DNA from: Rickettsiales bacterium
GTDB lineage: Bacteria; Pseudomonadota; Alphaproteobacteria; Rickettsiales; UBA3002
Assembly: GCA_028281385.1 (NCBI GenBank)
Contig: JANQJY010000070.1
Coordinates: 12,158-76,157, forward strand
Length of the DNA: 64,000 nucleotides
Direction: 5' to 3'
Below, piece after piece: positions 1 through 12,708 of the stretch; within the stretch, counting starts at the first letter, position 1, and every line of letters begins with the position of its first letter. The notes under the pieces were generated by a model. That model did not search any database. It saw only the letters and a program-made list of their open reading frames with translations, and was not told the DNA's origin. A program made the position numbers and the translations under genes.

Positions 1-1
1 G

Positions 2-922
2 ACCGCAAGCGGTAAATCGGCGCTTGGCATTTGTTTAGCGCAAAAGCTGGGCGGTGTCATCCTTAATGCCGATGCCATGCAATGTTACGCTGATCTGCGC
101 ATTATTACCGCCCGGCCAGGTGAGGAAGAAGAGGCGCAGGTGCCGCACCGGCTGTATGGTATTTGGGAGGCAAAAACCCATGGCAATACGGCGCTGTGGC
201 AGGAGGCTGCGATTCCCGAAATTCGAGATGTACATGCACAGGGCAGACTGCCGATACTGCTTGGCGGGACGGGGATGTATATCAAGTCGTTGATGGAAGG
301 GCTGGCGCCCATACCGCAGATCAGTGAAGAGGTGCGCCATGATGTGCGGCAGATGTGGGAGGATGATCCGCAGGCGGCCTATGAGAAGTTGCTGAAAGAA
401 GACAGGCTGACCGCCGGACGGCTGGATGCCAATGACAAGCAGCGCGTCATTCGCGCGCTGGAAGTGCTGGAGGAAACCGGTATCGGCTTGGAGGAATGGC
501 AGGCTTATGAAACCACGCCGCCCTTTGGGGAAGATCAATATTTGCCTTACTATGTCGATATGCCGCGCGAGTTGGTGTATGAACGGATTGATAAACGCTT
601 CGAACAAATGATAGAAGCCGGGGTGCTGGAAGAAATCAAGGCATTGATGGATAAGACATTATCGCCTTCCTATCCGATTATGCGCGCGCATGGGGTGCCG
701 GAACTGATGGCACATCTGAAAGGGAAAATGAGCCTGGAAGAGGCCGTGGCCAAAGCTCAGCAAAACACCCGCAATTACGCCAAACGCCAGATGACCTGGC
801 TGCGCAATCAGCTGCCGGAAGCGGCGCCGATTCCCTATGACCTGTTGGAAGATGAAGGAAAAGCGGATGCTTTCGTCGCCGATCTGGCGAAACGCCTTGA
901 CCCGTCAGCGCGTGCCGCTTAG
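2..922 (+). CDS. miaA: tRNA dimethylallyltransferase (5' end outside window)
   Basis: The frame is open from nt 2. It reads TASGKSALGICLAQKLGGVILNADAMQCYADLRIITARP, the tail of the P-loop and the MiaA core. The rest aligns in my memory with IPP transferases. Confidence 0.9.
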   Translation, partial: TASGKSALGICLAQKLGGVILNADAMQCYADLRIITARPGEEEEAQVPHRLYGIWEAKTHGNTALWQEAAIPEIRDVHAQGRLPILLGGTGMYIKSLMEGLAPIPQISEEVRHDVRQMWEDDPQAAYEKLLKEDRLTAGRLDANDKQRVIRALEVLEETGIGLEEWQAYETTPPFGEDQYLPYYVDMPRELVYERIDKRFEQMIEAGVLEEIKALMDKTLSPSYPIMRAHGVPELMAHLKGKMSLEEAVAKAQQNTRNYAKRQMTWLRNQLPEAAPIPYDLLEDEGKADAFVADLAKRLDPSARAA

Positions 923-970
923 GTTTAATCACCAATTAATTAGTACCTTTCCGGATAAAAGGCGGATCAA

Positions 971-2728
971 ATGGCAGACGAAAAGCGAGAAATGCTGGGC
1001 TCTGAGATGGTCATTCAGGCCATGCTCGATAACGGAACGGAAACCGTCTTCGGTTATCCGGGCGGAGCCGTATTGCCGATTTACGATGCGTTGTTCAAAC
1101 AGAATCAGCTGCGCCATATCTTGGTGCGCCATGAACAGGGCGCGACGCATGCGGCGGAAGGCTATGCGCGTTCGACCGGCAAGGTCGGGGCGGTGCTGGT
1201 CACCTCCGGTCCCGGCGCGACCAATACGGTGACCGGCCTGACCGATGCGCTGATGGATTCCATCCCGCTGGTGTGTATTACCGGGCAGGTGCCGAGCCAC
1301 CTCATCGGTTCCGATGCGTTTCAGGAAGCCGATGTGACGGGGATTACGCGCTCTTGCACTAAACATAATTACCTGGTGACGGATATTGATGATCTCGGCC
1401 GCATTGTCAATGAAGCCTTTCATGTCGCGCAGACCGGCCGTCCTGGTCCGGTGGTGGTGGATGTGCCGAAGGATATTTTGAATAGCGTTGGCACCTATAA
1501 AGGCAAATCCTCTGCCAGACGCCGGTCCTATAATCCGGTGAAAAAACCGAATCAGAAGATGGTCGAACGTGCTGTGGATTTGATGGCCAGGGCGAAAAAA
1601 CCGGTGTTTTATGTCGGTGGCGGCGTGGTCAATGCTGGCACGAAAGCCTGCGATAATCTGACCAAACTGGTGCATATGACCGGCTATCCCTGTACGACTA
1701 CGCTGATGGGGCTGGGTGCTTTTCCGGGAACGGACAAGCAGTTTCTCGGCATGCTCGGCATGCATGGATCGCTCGAAGCCAATATGGCGATGGCCGAATG
1801 CGATGTGATGATCAATCTCGGGGCGCGCTTTGATGATCGTGTGACCGGGCGGCTGGATGGTTTTTCGCCCAAATCGAAAAAGATTCATGTCGATGTCGAT
1901 GCCTCCTCGATCAACAAGGTCGTGCGGGTCGATGTGCCGATTGTCGGTGATGCCGGCGAGGTGATTCAGATGATGATCGCCTTATGGAAGAAAAAGAAGC
2001 TGGAAACGAATAAGGAAGCACTGACGAAATGGTGGAAGCAGATCGATGCCTGGCGCAAAAAGGACAGTTTCAATTTTAAGGATTCTGCCAAAATCATCAA
2101 ACCGCAAAAAGCACTGCAGCGACTGAATGCAGCATTGAAGAAAAAGGATTTTTATATCACCACCGATGTCGGCCAGCATCAGATGTGGGCGGCGCAGCAT
2201 ATTTTATACAACAAACCCAATCGCTGGATGACGTCGGGCGGACTGGGCACGATGGGTTACGGTATGCCCGCCGCACTCGGCGTGCAGGTGGCGCATCCGA
2301 ATAAAACCGTGGTGTGTGTGTCCGGCGAAGCATCGCTGCTGATGAATATTCAGGAACTCTCGACGTTGGTGCAGTACCGTCTGCCGGTGAAGATTTTCAT
2401 TCTCAATAACCACTATATGGGCATGGTGCGCCAGTGGCAGGAAATGTTCCATGGCTGCCGCTATTCCGAATCCTATATGGATTCGCTGCCGGATTTCGTG
2501 AAACTCGCTGAAGCCTACGGCATGAAGGGATTGCGCTGTAAAAAACCGTCCGAGTTGGATGATGTCATCAAGGAGATGCTGGCGCATAAAGGCCCGGTGA
2601 TTGCCGATATCTGGGTCGATCGTGATGAAAATGTCTATCCGATGATTCCCGCCGGTGCGGCGCATCATGAGTTGGTGCTCGGTCCGGAAGAACTGGGTGA
2701 GGATGTGCTCGATAAGAACCGGGTGTGA
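971..2728 (+). CDS. ilvI: acetolactate synthase large subunit (ThDP enzyme)
   Basis: 585 aa with an ATG start. Typical AHAS motifs are present: GYPGGAVLPIYDAL, SGPGATN and a GLGTMGYGMPAALG ThDP-binding region. Confidence 0.95.
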   Translation: MADEKREMLGSEMVIQAMLDNGTETVFGYPGGAVLPIYDALFKQNQLRHILVRHEQGATHAAEGYARSTGKVGAVLVTSGPGATNTVTGLTDALMDSIPLVCITGQVPSHLIGSDAFQEADVTGITRSCTKHNYLVTDIDDLGRIVNEAFHVAQTGRPGPVVVDVPKDILNSVGTYKGKSSARRRSYNPVKKPNQKMVERAVDLMARAKKPVFYVGGGVVNAGTKACDNLTKLVHMTGYPCTTTLMGLGAFPGTDKQFLGMLGMHGSLEANMAMAECDVMINLGARFDDRVTGRLDGFSPKSKKIHVDVDASSINKVVRVDVPIVGDAGEVIQMMIALWKKKKLETNKEALTKWWKQIDAWRKKDSFNFKDSAKIIKPQKALQRLNAALKKKDFYITTDVGQHQMWAAQHILYNKPNRWMTSGGLGTMGYGMPAALGVQVAHPNKTVVCVSGEASLLMNIQELSTLVQYRLPVKIFILNNHYMGMVRQWQEMFHGCRYSESYMDSLPDFVKLAEAYGMKGLRCKKPSELDDVIKEMLAHKGPVIADIWVDRDENVYPMIPAGAAHHELVLGPEELGEDVLDKNRV

Positions 2729-2729
2729 C

Positions 2730-3314
2730 TTAGTAAAACACCGTATTATCCGGTTTGAGGTTTACTTTCACATCTTTACTTTTGGTCAGATCGATTCCTT
2801 CCGCATCCACCCGAATCTCGACACACCAGGAAACACGGCGGCGATTACCCAACCGTGAGAGATCCATCAGCGCTTCGCCGACCACGCCGAAATGTTTGGC
2901 AGTGAGTTCACGTAAAGAGTCGTCCTGATTAGGCAGTTCGTTGGGAATGGTGAAGGAAAAATCGAAATACTGAAACTGTCCGGCCGGAATGTTGCGTTCC
3001 TTCGACAGGGGAATCACCTCCTGATGCAGCGTGACCGTATGTGTGCGGGTGCGGGATTTATGCTGTGCATCGCGGTAGCGTTCCTCTATATACAGATCGC
3101 ATTGCAATGTTGCGGTGATGGCACGGGCATTAATCGGCTTTTTCGCTTCGAGTTTGATAGTGCCACTTAATCTTTCTCCCGGTTCCGTCCAACCTTCAGG
3201 GACGGTCAGAATGATCCTGCCTTTCAGATACATCGCCAGATAATAAAGCGCAACGGCCAGTGCCACCAGCCCGATAACACTCAAAAAGATATAGAGAAAA
3301 AGAGAATCATCCAT
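2730..3314 (-). CDS. hypothetical membrane-anchored protein (possible arrestin/Spo0M-like beta-sandwich)
   Basis: I placed the start at the internal ATG giving MDDSLFLYIFLSVIGLVALAVALYYLAMYL, a single N-terminal TM helix. The remainder is beta-rich. The family assignment is tentative. Confidence 0.5.
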   Translation of the reverse strand: MDDSLFLYIFLSVIGLVALAVALYYLAMYLKGRIILTVPEGWTEPGERLSGTIKLEAKKPINARAITATLQCDLYIEERYRDAQHKSRTRTHTVTLHQEVIPLSKERNIPAGQFQYFDFSFTIPNELPNQDDSLRELTAKHFGVVGEALMDLSRLGNRRRVSWCVEIRVDAEGIDLTKSKDVKVNLKPDNTVFY

Positions 3315-3392
3315 GTTATTTACAGCCTTGCGTCTGCCGAAACATAGCATTTTGAGGTTGCGTTGCCCAGCATGGGATGCCATGACAAAGCC

Positions 3393-4043
3393 ATGAGGCA
3401 GTTTTTTACGTTACTATGGTTATGTGCGCTGGTGCCTGCTGGTGTGGGCGCTGAAGACGGTTGCCGAATAGGTGGATCCTACCCGTTTTCAAGCCCAACC
3501 CCATGTAATGAAGATATTCGCAGCTATTTGGAAGAAATTGGTGAATGTAACGCCTTATATAATCGCCATGATGAAGCCTCCAAAGTCAAGATGAAGGAAA
3601 TGCAATGTGATACCCTGTTTCAGGTCGAAGAAGTCATCGTGATCGAATATGAAGATGATGCGGCGACCATGAAGCTGATCGATGATTATTTCGATACGCA
3701 TGGGTTGAAGATTGATTTTCCTGAAGGCGATGCGGATGTATCGGTGAATTGCTCGACTGAGGGAGCCTATCCTTTCGAAGTGGAAGCAAGCTGTCCGGAT
3801 AGTGTTCGTGATTATCTGCAGCGCACGGGCGATTGCACCCATTTTGTCGGTGAAGACGCCTATGATGAGGATCGGGCCGCCTTTTTGAAAGAGACGATGC
3901 AACAATTGCGCTGCGATCAGCTGGCACAGGATTATACCGAGATATGGTCGCACTATGAAGGGGATGTATTGATTTTCCGGTTGATTGACAGGTTTCATAG
4001 CATGTATGACATTCCAACACCTGAAAGGTTGCATTATGACTGA
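3393..4043 (+). CDS. secreted hypothetical protein with an internal tandem domain duplication
   Basis: The ATG at 3393 gives the signal-like MRQFFTLLWLCALVPAGVGA. There are two homologous Cys-containing halves of about 80 aa. The stop overlaps the ilvH start at 4036-4043. Confidence 0.55.
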   Translation: MRQFFTLLWLCALVPAGVGAEDGCRIGGSYPFSSPTPCNEDIRSYLEEIGECNALYNRHDEASKVKMKEMQCDTLFQVEEVIVIEYEDDAATMKLIDDYFDTHGLKIDFPEGDADVSVNCSTEGAYPFEVEASCPDSVRDYLQRTGDCTHFVGEDAYDEDRAAFLKETMQQLRCDQLAQDYTEIWSHYEGDVLIFRLIDRFHSMYDIPTPERLHYD

Positions 4044-4587
4044 AGCATTAGAGTTGGATATTGTTTACGGGATTACGCCGGAAAAGGTCGAGGAAGACCG
4101 CCATATTCTCGCCGTGCTGGTCGATAATGAGTTCGGGGTGCTCAACCGCGTGGTCGGATTGTTCTCAGCGCGCGGTTATAATATCGAAGCGCTGACGGTA
4201 GCGGAAGTCGATGAAAAGAAAAAACATTCACGTATTACGATTGTGACGCGTGGTGCGCCGGATGTGATCATTCATATCATGCATCTGCTCGAGCGGCTGG
4301 TACCGGTGCATAAGGTGCATGATCTGTCGGTTGAAGGCCCGCATGTCGAGCGTGAACTTGCCCTGATCAAGGTGACAGGAAAAGGGGAAGACCGGGTTGA
4401 AGCATTGCGGATCGCTGAGATCTTCCGTGCCCGCTCAGTCGATGCGACAACGGAATCCTTTATCTTTGAATTAACAGGAAAATCCTCTAAAATAGATTCG
4501 TTTATTGATTTAATGCGCCCACTCGGATTGGTGGAAATTGCTCGTACCGGAGCAGCGGCGATGGGGCGTGGCAAAAAAGGGATCTAG
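4036..4587 (+). CDS. ilvH: acetolactate synthase small (regulatory) subunit
   Basis: The ACT-domain signature ILAVLVDNEFGVLNRVVGLFSARGYNIEALTVA is present. The start is set at the ATG giving MTEALELD. Confidence 0.9.
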   Translation: MTEALELDIVYGITPEKVEEDRHILAVLVDNEFGVLNRVVGLFSARGYNIEALTVAEVDEKKKHSRITIVTRGAPDVIIHIMHLLERLVPVHKVHDLSVEGPHVERELALIKVTGKGEDRVEALRIAEIFRARSVDATTESFIFELTGKSSKIDSFIDLMRPLGLVEIARTGAAAMGRGKKGI

Positions 4588-4589
4588 GC

Positions 4590-4922
4590 ATGCACTGGTT
4601 TATCGTATTGATGGTCTGCATGGCGATGTTTATTACACCGGGCCATGCAGAGGAAGCATTGAAAAAACAACGTGTTGAGTTTCCATCGGATTATTATGAG
4701 CGGTTACGGGTGCAGGAATGCCCCAAAGCGGCGAATGAATCCTGCTGCCGTGCGTCGGTGACGGCGATGCAGAAAATTCATGCCCGTGCGCTTGAACCGG
4801 GCCAGGACTGTCCGGAAGATTTCAGAAAACGTTCCATCCGTTGCCCGTCCAGTCTGACTTGGTGTGAGTATCTTCCGGGTTGGGAGGATACGCCCCTTTT
4901 CTCGCCCGGTCAGCGCGAATAG
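4590..4922 (+). CDS. small secreted cysteine-rich protein, paralog 1
   Basis: 110 aa with a hydrophobic N-terminus ending PGHA. It has 6 Cys, including the CCRASV..MQ and CP.S..WCE motifs. The ATG lies 2 nt after the ilvH stop. Confidence 0.55.
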   Translation: MHWFIVLMVCMAMFITPGHAEEALKKQRVEFPSDYYERLRVQECPKAANESCCRASVTAMQKIHARALEPGQDCPEDFRKRSIRCPSSLTWCEYLPGWEDTPLFSPGQRE

Positions 4923-5037
4923 CCGGAACAAATAAAATTAAACTATCTCAGTATTTTAGTTAAATACCCGCATTAGGAATTCGCTTGTTTTTGTGCTAGT
5001 CTGGCTTTTGCTATGACAATAACAAGGAGCCAGGGCG

Positions 5038-5382
5038 ATGAGTGAAGCAAGCATGATTATGTTAAGTATGATGTGGGTCATGTTATCGGCAGAGCCGAAT
5101 GAAGTCTATATGGGCTATAACTATAAATATAACCGGATGATGGAAGCTTGCGAGATGCGGGCGGGCCGTGCCTGTTGCCGGGCGTCGGTGCGTTACATGC
5201 AGCAGAATGAACTGTTTCCGACGACGGTGAAGGAGGGCTGTGAAGCAGGCATGAAAATGACATCGCTGCCATGCCCGGCTTCCATGGTATGGTGCGAAAT
5301 ACCGGAGGTAACCACATCTCCGATAGCGGCGAAAGTCACGGAGATAAAGGAAAGCCTGTCAGGATCGGGAGAGGCTCGCTAA
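5038..5382 (+). CDS. small secreted cysteine-rich protein, paralog 2
   Basis: 114 aa. An AAGGAG RBS lies about 10 nt upstream. It shares the Cys framework of the 4590 ORF (CCRASV, MQ, CP.S..WCE). Confidence 0.55.
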   Translation: MSEASMIMLSMMWVMLSAEPNEVYMGYNYKYNRMMEACEMRAGRACCRASVRYMQQNELFPTTVKEGCEAGMKMTSLPCPASMVWCEIPEVTTSPIAAKVTEIKESLSGSGEAR

Positions 5383-6555
5383 CAGAAACGCTCCATAGCC
5401 GATCAACGCCCATTGATACAGCATGGGCCCCCAAATATCCGTCATTCCTGAAAAACAGATGAGATAGAACAACCATGTTATCAGGGCATAGGCGGATTTA
5501 TGCAAGGGATTTTCCGTGTGGAAATAATAGAGGATGGCGGGCAGACAAAGCAGCCACAGGTCATGATGGTGCTGCCATGGGCTGAGCCATACCCCGATGC
5601 AGACCGCCAGGCCAAACCATAGCTCCTTTGCCTGGGCAGGCCGGGAACGAACATGACGCCAGACGACATACAGGACGCTGGCTGCCAGTAACAGTGTGGC
5701 AGTATTTATGAACAGGATATAGGCAAAGAGACCATCAGGCAGCAGATGATAGGCAAACCCGCGCAGATTGGCCATATGCGCAGGCGACGAACCGTATCCC
5801 ATATGTGTTTCCAGCATGGTTCGCACCAGAGAGATATAATCAGGCCAGATCTGCATGTCCCATCCTGAGGTGGTGGCCGCCAGAAACAGAGTGAGGGCGA
5901 CCAAAAGACCGATCCAGTATTTTTTCGATAGTCCGATAAGGCCGGTCAATGGAAGAAGCGCAAAGTGAGGCTTGATGGAAAGCAGTAAAAGCCCGCAAAG
6001 CAGTGGCCCGAAACGCAGATAGTGCCATCCCATATAGAACAGCACCATACCCATACCGACCAATGCTGTGGTTTGCCCATGTTGCAGTGTGAAAGACAGA
6101 AACGGAGACCCGCAGATGATACCGCAGACGATCAGCCTGTCAGGCAATGTCATGGAGGTTAATCTCCCCAACGCCACGATCATCATGCTGAGGAGTGCTA
6201 TCAGGGCGCTGAGAATTCTCCATCCGTGATACGCGCTGTCGAGATCGAACCATGACAGCGGATAGAAAAGCAGAAGACTAGGGGGAGGGTTGAGGAAAGG
6301 CAAAAAATAATACCCGTCATAGCCGCTGTTTTCCGCAGTTAACACCGCTTCATAGGCAGTGCGTTGATCCTCCAGCCGGTAAATGTTCTGATGAGAAGAC
6401 TGATTGAGAAGGGTCGAGATGCTGTAAAAAGCGACAAAGTCATAGGGAAACAGATGTCCGTCACGCAGCAGGTAGGGTGTGTGATGCTGCTGCAGGTTGC
6501 CAAGGGAAAGCCCGAGCAGCAGTGCGCCTGTTATCATAAGGGTCCAGCGGTGCAT
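5359..6555 (-). CDS. polytopic membrane protein, GT87/DUF2029-like glycosyltransferase (tentative)
   Basis: 398 aa with many TM helices. The N-terminal region has a YDF..FY...L and F.Y.PP-type pattern reminiscent of DUF2029 mannosyltransferase-like proteins. Confidence 0.55.
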   Translation of the reverse strand: MHRWTLMITGALLLGLSLGNLQQHHTPYLLRDGHLFPYDFVAFYSISTLLNQSSHQNIYRLEDQRTAYEAVLTAENSGYDGYYFLPFLNPPPSLLLFYPLSWFDLDSAYHGWRILSALIALLSMMIVALGRLTSMTLPDRLIVCGIICGSPFLSFTLQHGQTTALVGMGMVLFYMGWHYLRFGPLLCGLLLLSIKPHFALLPLTGLIGLSKKYWIGLLVALTLFLAATTSGWDMQIWPDYISLVRTMLETHMGYGSSPAHMANLRGFAYHLLPDGLFAYILFINTATLLLAASVLYVVWRHVRSRPAQAKELWFGLAVCIGVWLSPWQHHHDLWLLCLPAILYYFHTENPLHKSAYALITWLFYLICFSGMTDIWGPMLYQWALIGYGAFLLASLSRS

Positions 6556-6620
6556 TGTTATAAAATCCTTGAAAAGCAGGCATTTTGCAATTAGGAAACT
6601 TTCTTGGGAACGATTAATGA

Positions 6621-7679
<1,059 letters not shown>

Positions 7680-7695
7680 GGTAGAGAGGGTAGAA

Positions 7696-8064
7696 GTGGT
7701 ACAAAGCTTTAAAGAGCTTTTAGTATGGCAGCGTAGTTTTGACCTTGCAAACTTGCTTATGTCGCTATCTGCCTCATTTCCTAAAGAACATCGATATGGA
7801 TTGACAGCGCAGCTGTTACGCTGTGCCGTATCTGTACCTTCCAATATAGCAGAAGGATATAATCGCAAATCAACCAAAGAGTACATAAATTTTCTCAGTA
7901 TTGCCTATGGTTCGTTGGCAGAACTGGAAACGCAAATACTCATTGCGATAGAGCAATCTTTCATGAATGATATGCAATCAAAAGAGTTGCTTGATGAGAT
8001 AGACCAAATTAGCCGGATGCTGCGTAGTATGATGCAAAAACTGACAGAGAAACAAGCCGCATGA
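7696..8064 (+). CDS. four-helix-bundle protein (23S rRNA intervening-sequence protein family)
   Basis: 122 aa with a GTG start. The motifs FKELLVWQRSFDL, PSNIAEGYNR, FLSIAYGSLAELETQ are typical of the TIGR02436-like family. Confidence 0.8.
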   Translation: MVQSFKELLVWQRSFDLANLLMSLSASFPKEHRYGLTAQLLRCAVSVPSNIAEGYNRKSTKEYINFLSIAYGSLAELETQILIAIEQSFMNDMQSKELLDEIDQISRMLRSMMQKLTEKQAA

Positions 8065-8070
8065 TTAACT

Positions 8071-8098
8071 CTAAACCCTAGATGCTAAATCCTATGTC
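8071..8098. repeat. imperfect tandem 14-mer x2, inverted copy of the 7652-7679 repeat
   Basis: The sequence is ctaaaccctagatg followed by ctaaatcctatgtc. The stretch ctaaatccta is the exact reverse complement of taggatttag in the left repeat. Confidence 0.75.
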
Positions 8099-8578
8099 CT
8101 TAAATAAAATCATTATCTTTTTTCTCGTATTGATGGCCTTTGGCAAGGAGGCGTTTGCGTTATCCTGCATGCGTATGTCGGCCGAACAGCTGGTTGAGAG
8201 CGATGCGGTGATTATTGCCGGCAAGGTAATCCACAAGGAAAAAGAGGGCAGCGCTGAGGAAGCGGTGAAGGACCCTGAAAAGGGAATTGTCCCATCTCAG
8301 CATAAAGCCGGCGCCTATCATTATAAGGTGAAAGTGCTGGAAAGCTGGCGTGGTCCGAAAAAAGACAGCGTGATTCAGGTGACGGGACAACCCATCGCCG
8401 CATGGGGCGCGATGGAGTTGAGCGAAGATGCCCATGCCTATTTCCTGCCTCTGTCCGGCGATGCGGAGTCAGGCTATAGCTTTAACGCCTGTAGCATGAT
8501 TATAAAGTATGAACGTCATATGGACTATGTGCTTTCGCTGGACCGATTGTTTCGGTCTGAAAAACAGGAAAGCGCCCA

Positions 8579-8582
<4 letters not shown>
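8094..8582 (+). CDS. secreted hypothetical protein
   Basis: The start is set at the ATG giving MSLNKIIIFFLVLMAFGKEAFA, which is signal-like. The stop overlaps the leuA ATG (ATGA at 8579-8582). I recognised no family. Confidence 0.5.
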
Positions 8583-11208
<2,626 letters not shown>

Positions 11209-11311
11209 AGGAATACTCTAAGCCACTGTGGGAAGATAGTATTTCTACGTTGCTATTTTTTATGCTATTCTTTTAACTGTAAAATATAATTATGTGGGAG
11301 TGTAAGCGCCA

Positions 11312-12151
11312 ATGGCCTTTCATCGTGCAGGCAGCCAGTCGCTGTCATTGAAGCCGGTTTTACAGCGTATTCTGCTCGCTGCTCTCATGTTGTTGTCTTT
11401 AATGCTGATTTATATGGATCGTCAGCAAAATGGCATTGTACAGGCTGTGCAGACGACGTTGGACGATATGTTGCTGCCGGTAATGCAGGTGGCATCAGCA
11501 CCAGTAAAGACGGTGTCGGATGTTCGCCAGATAGCAGGCAACTGGATGATGACCTACCATGAGAATGCACGCCTTGTGAAAGAAAATCAGCAGTTGCTGC
11601 ACTGGAAAGAGATGGCGCATGCCATGAAGATGGAGAATGAATCGCTCCGTCAGTTGATGCATTATAGTCCACCCGGAACGACATCATTCGTGACGGCAAA
11701 GGTAATTAGCTATGCCAGTGGTCCTTACAGCCGTTCGGTAATCATTAATGCCGGGGCGAACAGCAACGTTAAAAAGGATCAGGCGGTTGTGTCTGCCGAA
11801 GGGCTCATCGGGCGCGTGATTGCCGTGGGGGAAGACAGTGCGCGTGTGTTGTTGTTGAATGATATGAGTTCGCGCATTCCTGCACTGGCCGGAAATACGC
11901 GGGCGGTTGTACAGGGGGCGAATGATCATTTGTTGAAAATTCAACTATCGGAAGCTCTGTCTGACATAGAAGTAGGCGCGCAAGTAGTGACAGCGGCGGA
12001 TGGCGATGTATTCCCGTCGAATTTGCTGATCGGGACCGTGTTTAAGAAACAGGATGATACGTTATGGGTCCGCTCCGTTGCCGATATGAATGATCTGCAT
12101 TTCGTACGTGTGCTGAATTATGCGGCGACACCTGCGAAGCTTGTAGAATAA
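11312..12151 (+). CDS. mreC: rod shape-determining protein MreC
   Basis: 279 aa with an N-terminal TM helix, a coiled-coil (ENQQLLHWKE..ENESLRQL) and a beta-barrel region (GLIGRVIAVG). Its position is directly after mreB. Confidence 0.85.
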   Translation: MAFHRAGSQSLSLKPVLQRILLAALMLLSLMLIYMDRQQNGIVQAVQTTLDDMLLPVMQVASAPVKTVSDVRQIAGNWMMTYHENARLVKENQQLLHWKEMAHAMKMENESLRQLMHYSPPGTTSFVTAKVISYASGPYSRSVIINAGANSNVKKDQAVVSAEGLIGRVIAVGEDSARVLLLNDMSSRIPALAGNTRAVVQGANDHLLKIQLSEALSDIEVGAQVVTAADGDVFPSNLLIGTVFKKQDDTLWVRSVADMNDLHFVRVLNYAATPAKLVE

Positions 12152-12157
12152 TATCCC

Positions 12158-12691
12158 ATGCAACAAAACAGAGAGTTGCCTTCATGGTTTCAAGGCGCGG
12201 TGCCGATGGTAGTCAGTGTAGTGACAGTGTTATTGTTTTCGACCCTGTCTCCCACGATTCTTGGCATTGTTTTCCATCCCAACAGCGGTTTAATTGCCAT
12301 TTATTTCTGGAGCGTTGCCACGCCGTATCTCATGCCGGTATGGGCAGTATTTCTGCTGGGGCTTCTGCAGGATATGTTCATGGGGTTTCCGTTGGGTACC
12401 TCTTCTTTCATTCTGCTGCTATGTTCCATATTGATTAAATACAAGCAGCATATGATCAACCAGAAGGAATGGAGTGTAATGTGGGGAGGGTTTGCTATTA
12501 TTTGCCTGATTGCCCACAGCGTGTATTGGGGACTGACCAGCCTCTATCATCAGTCAGTGCTGCCTGTATCGGACATTCTGGCAAGCATGGGGATAACATT
12601 CCTGCTTTATCCGCTTTTGCAAATGTTTTACAGCGCGCTATATCACTGGCTATTCCCGAGACAGGCAAAATCCATTGGCATTAGCCGCTAG
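12158..12691 (+). CDS. mreD: rod shape-determining protein MreD
   Basis: 177 aa polytopic membrane protein lying between mreC and mrdA. The call rests mainly on synteny. Confidence 0.7.
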   Translation: MQQNRELPSWFQGAVPMVVSVVTVLLFSTLSPTILGIVFHPNSGLIAIYFWSVATPYLMPVWAVFLLGLLQDMFMGFPLGTSSFILLLCSILIKYKQHMINQKEWSVMWGGFAIICLIAHSVYWGLTSLYHQSVLPVSDILASMGITFLLYPLLQMFYSALYHWLFPRQAKSIGISR

Positions 12692-12708
12692 CCTGCGCTA
12701 CGACTTGG

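Noticed and set aside
929-1888. 319-aa ORF antisense to ilvI
   Set aside because: It lies entirely inside the strongly supported ilvI gene on the opposite strand. Its composition (R/H/F/I-rich, no motifs) is typical of antisense frames.
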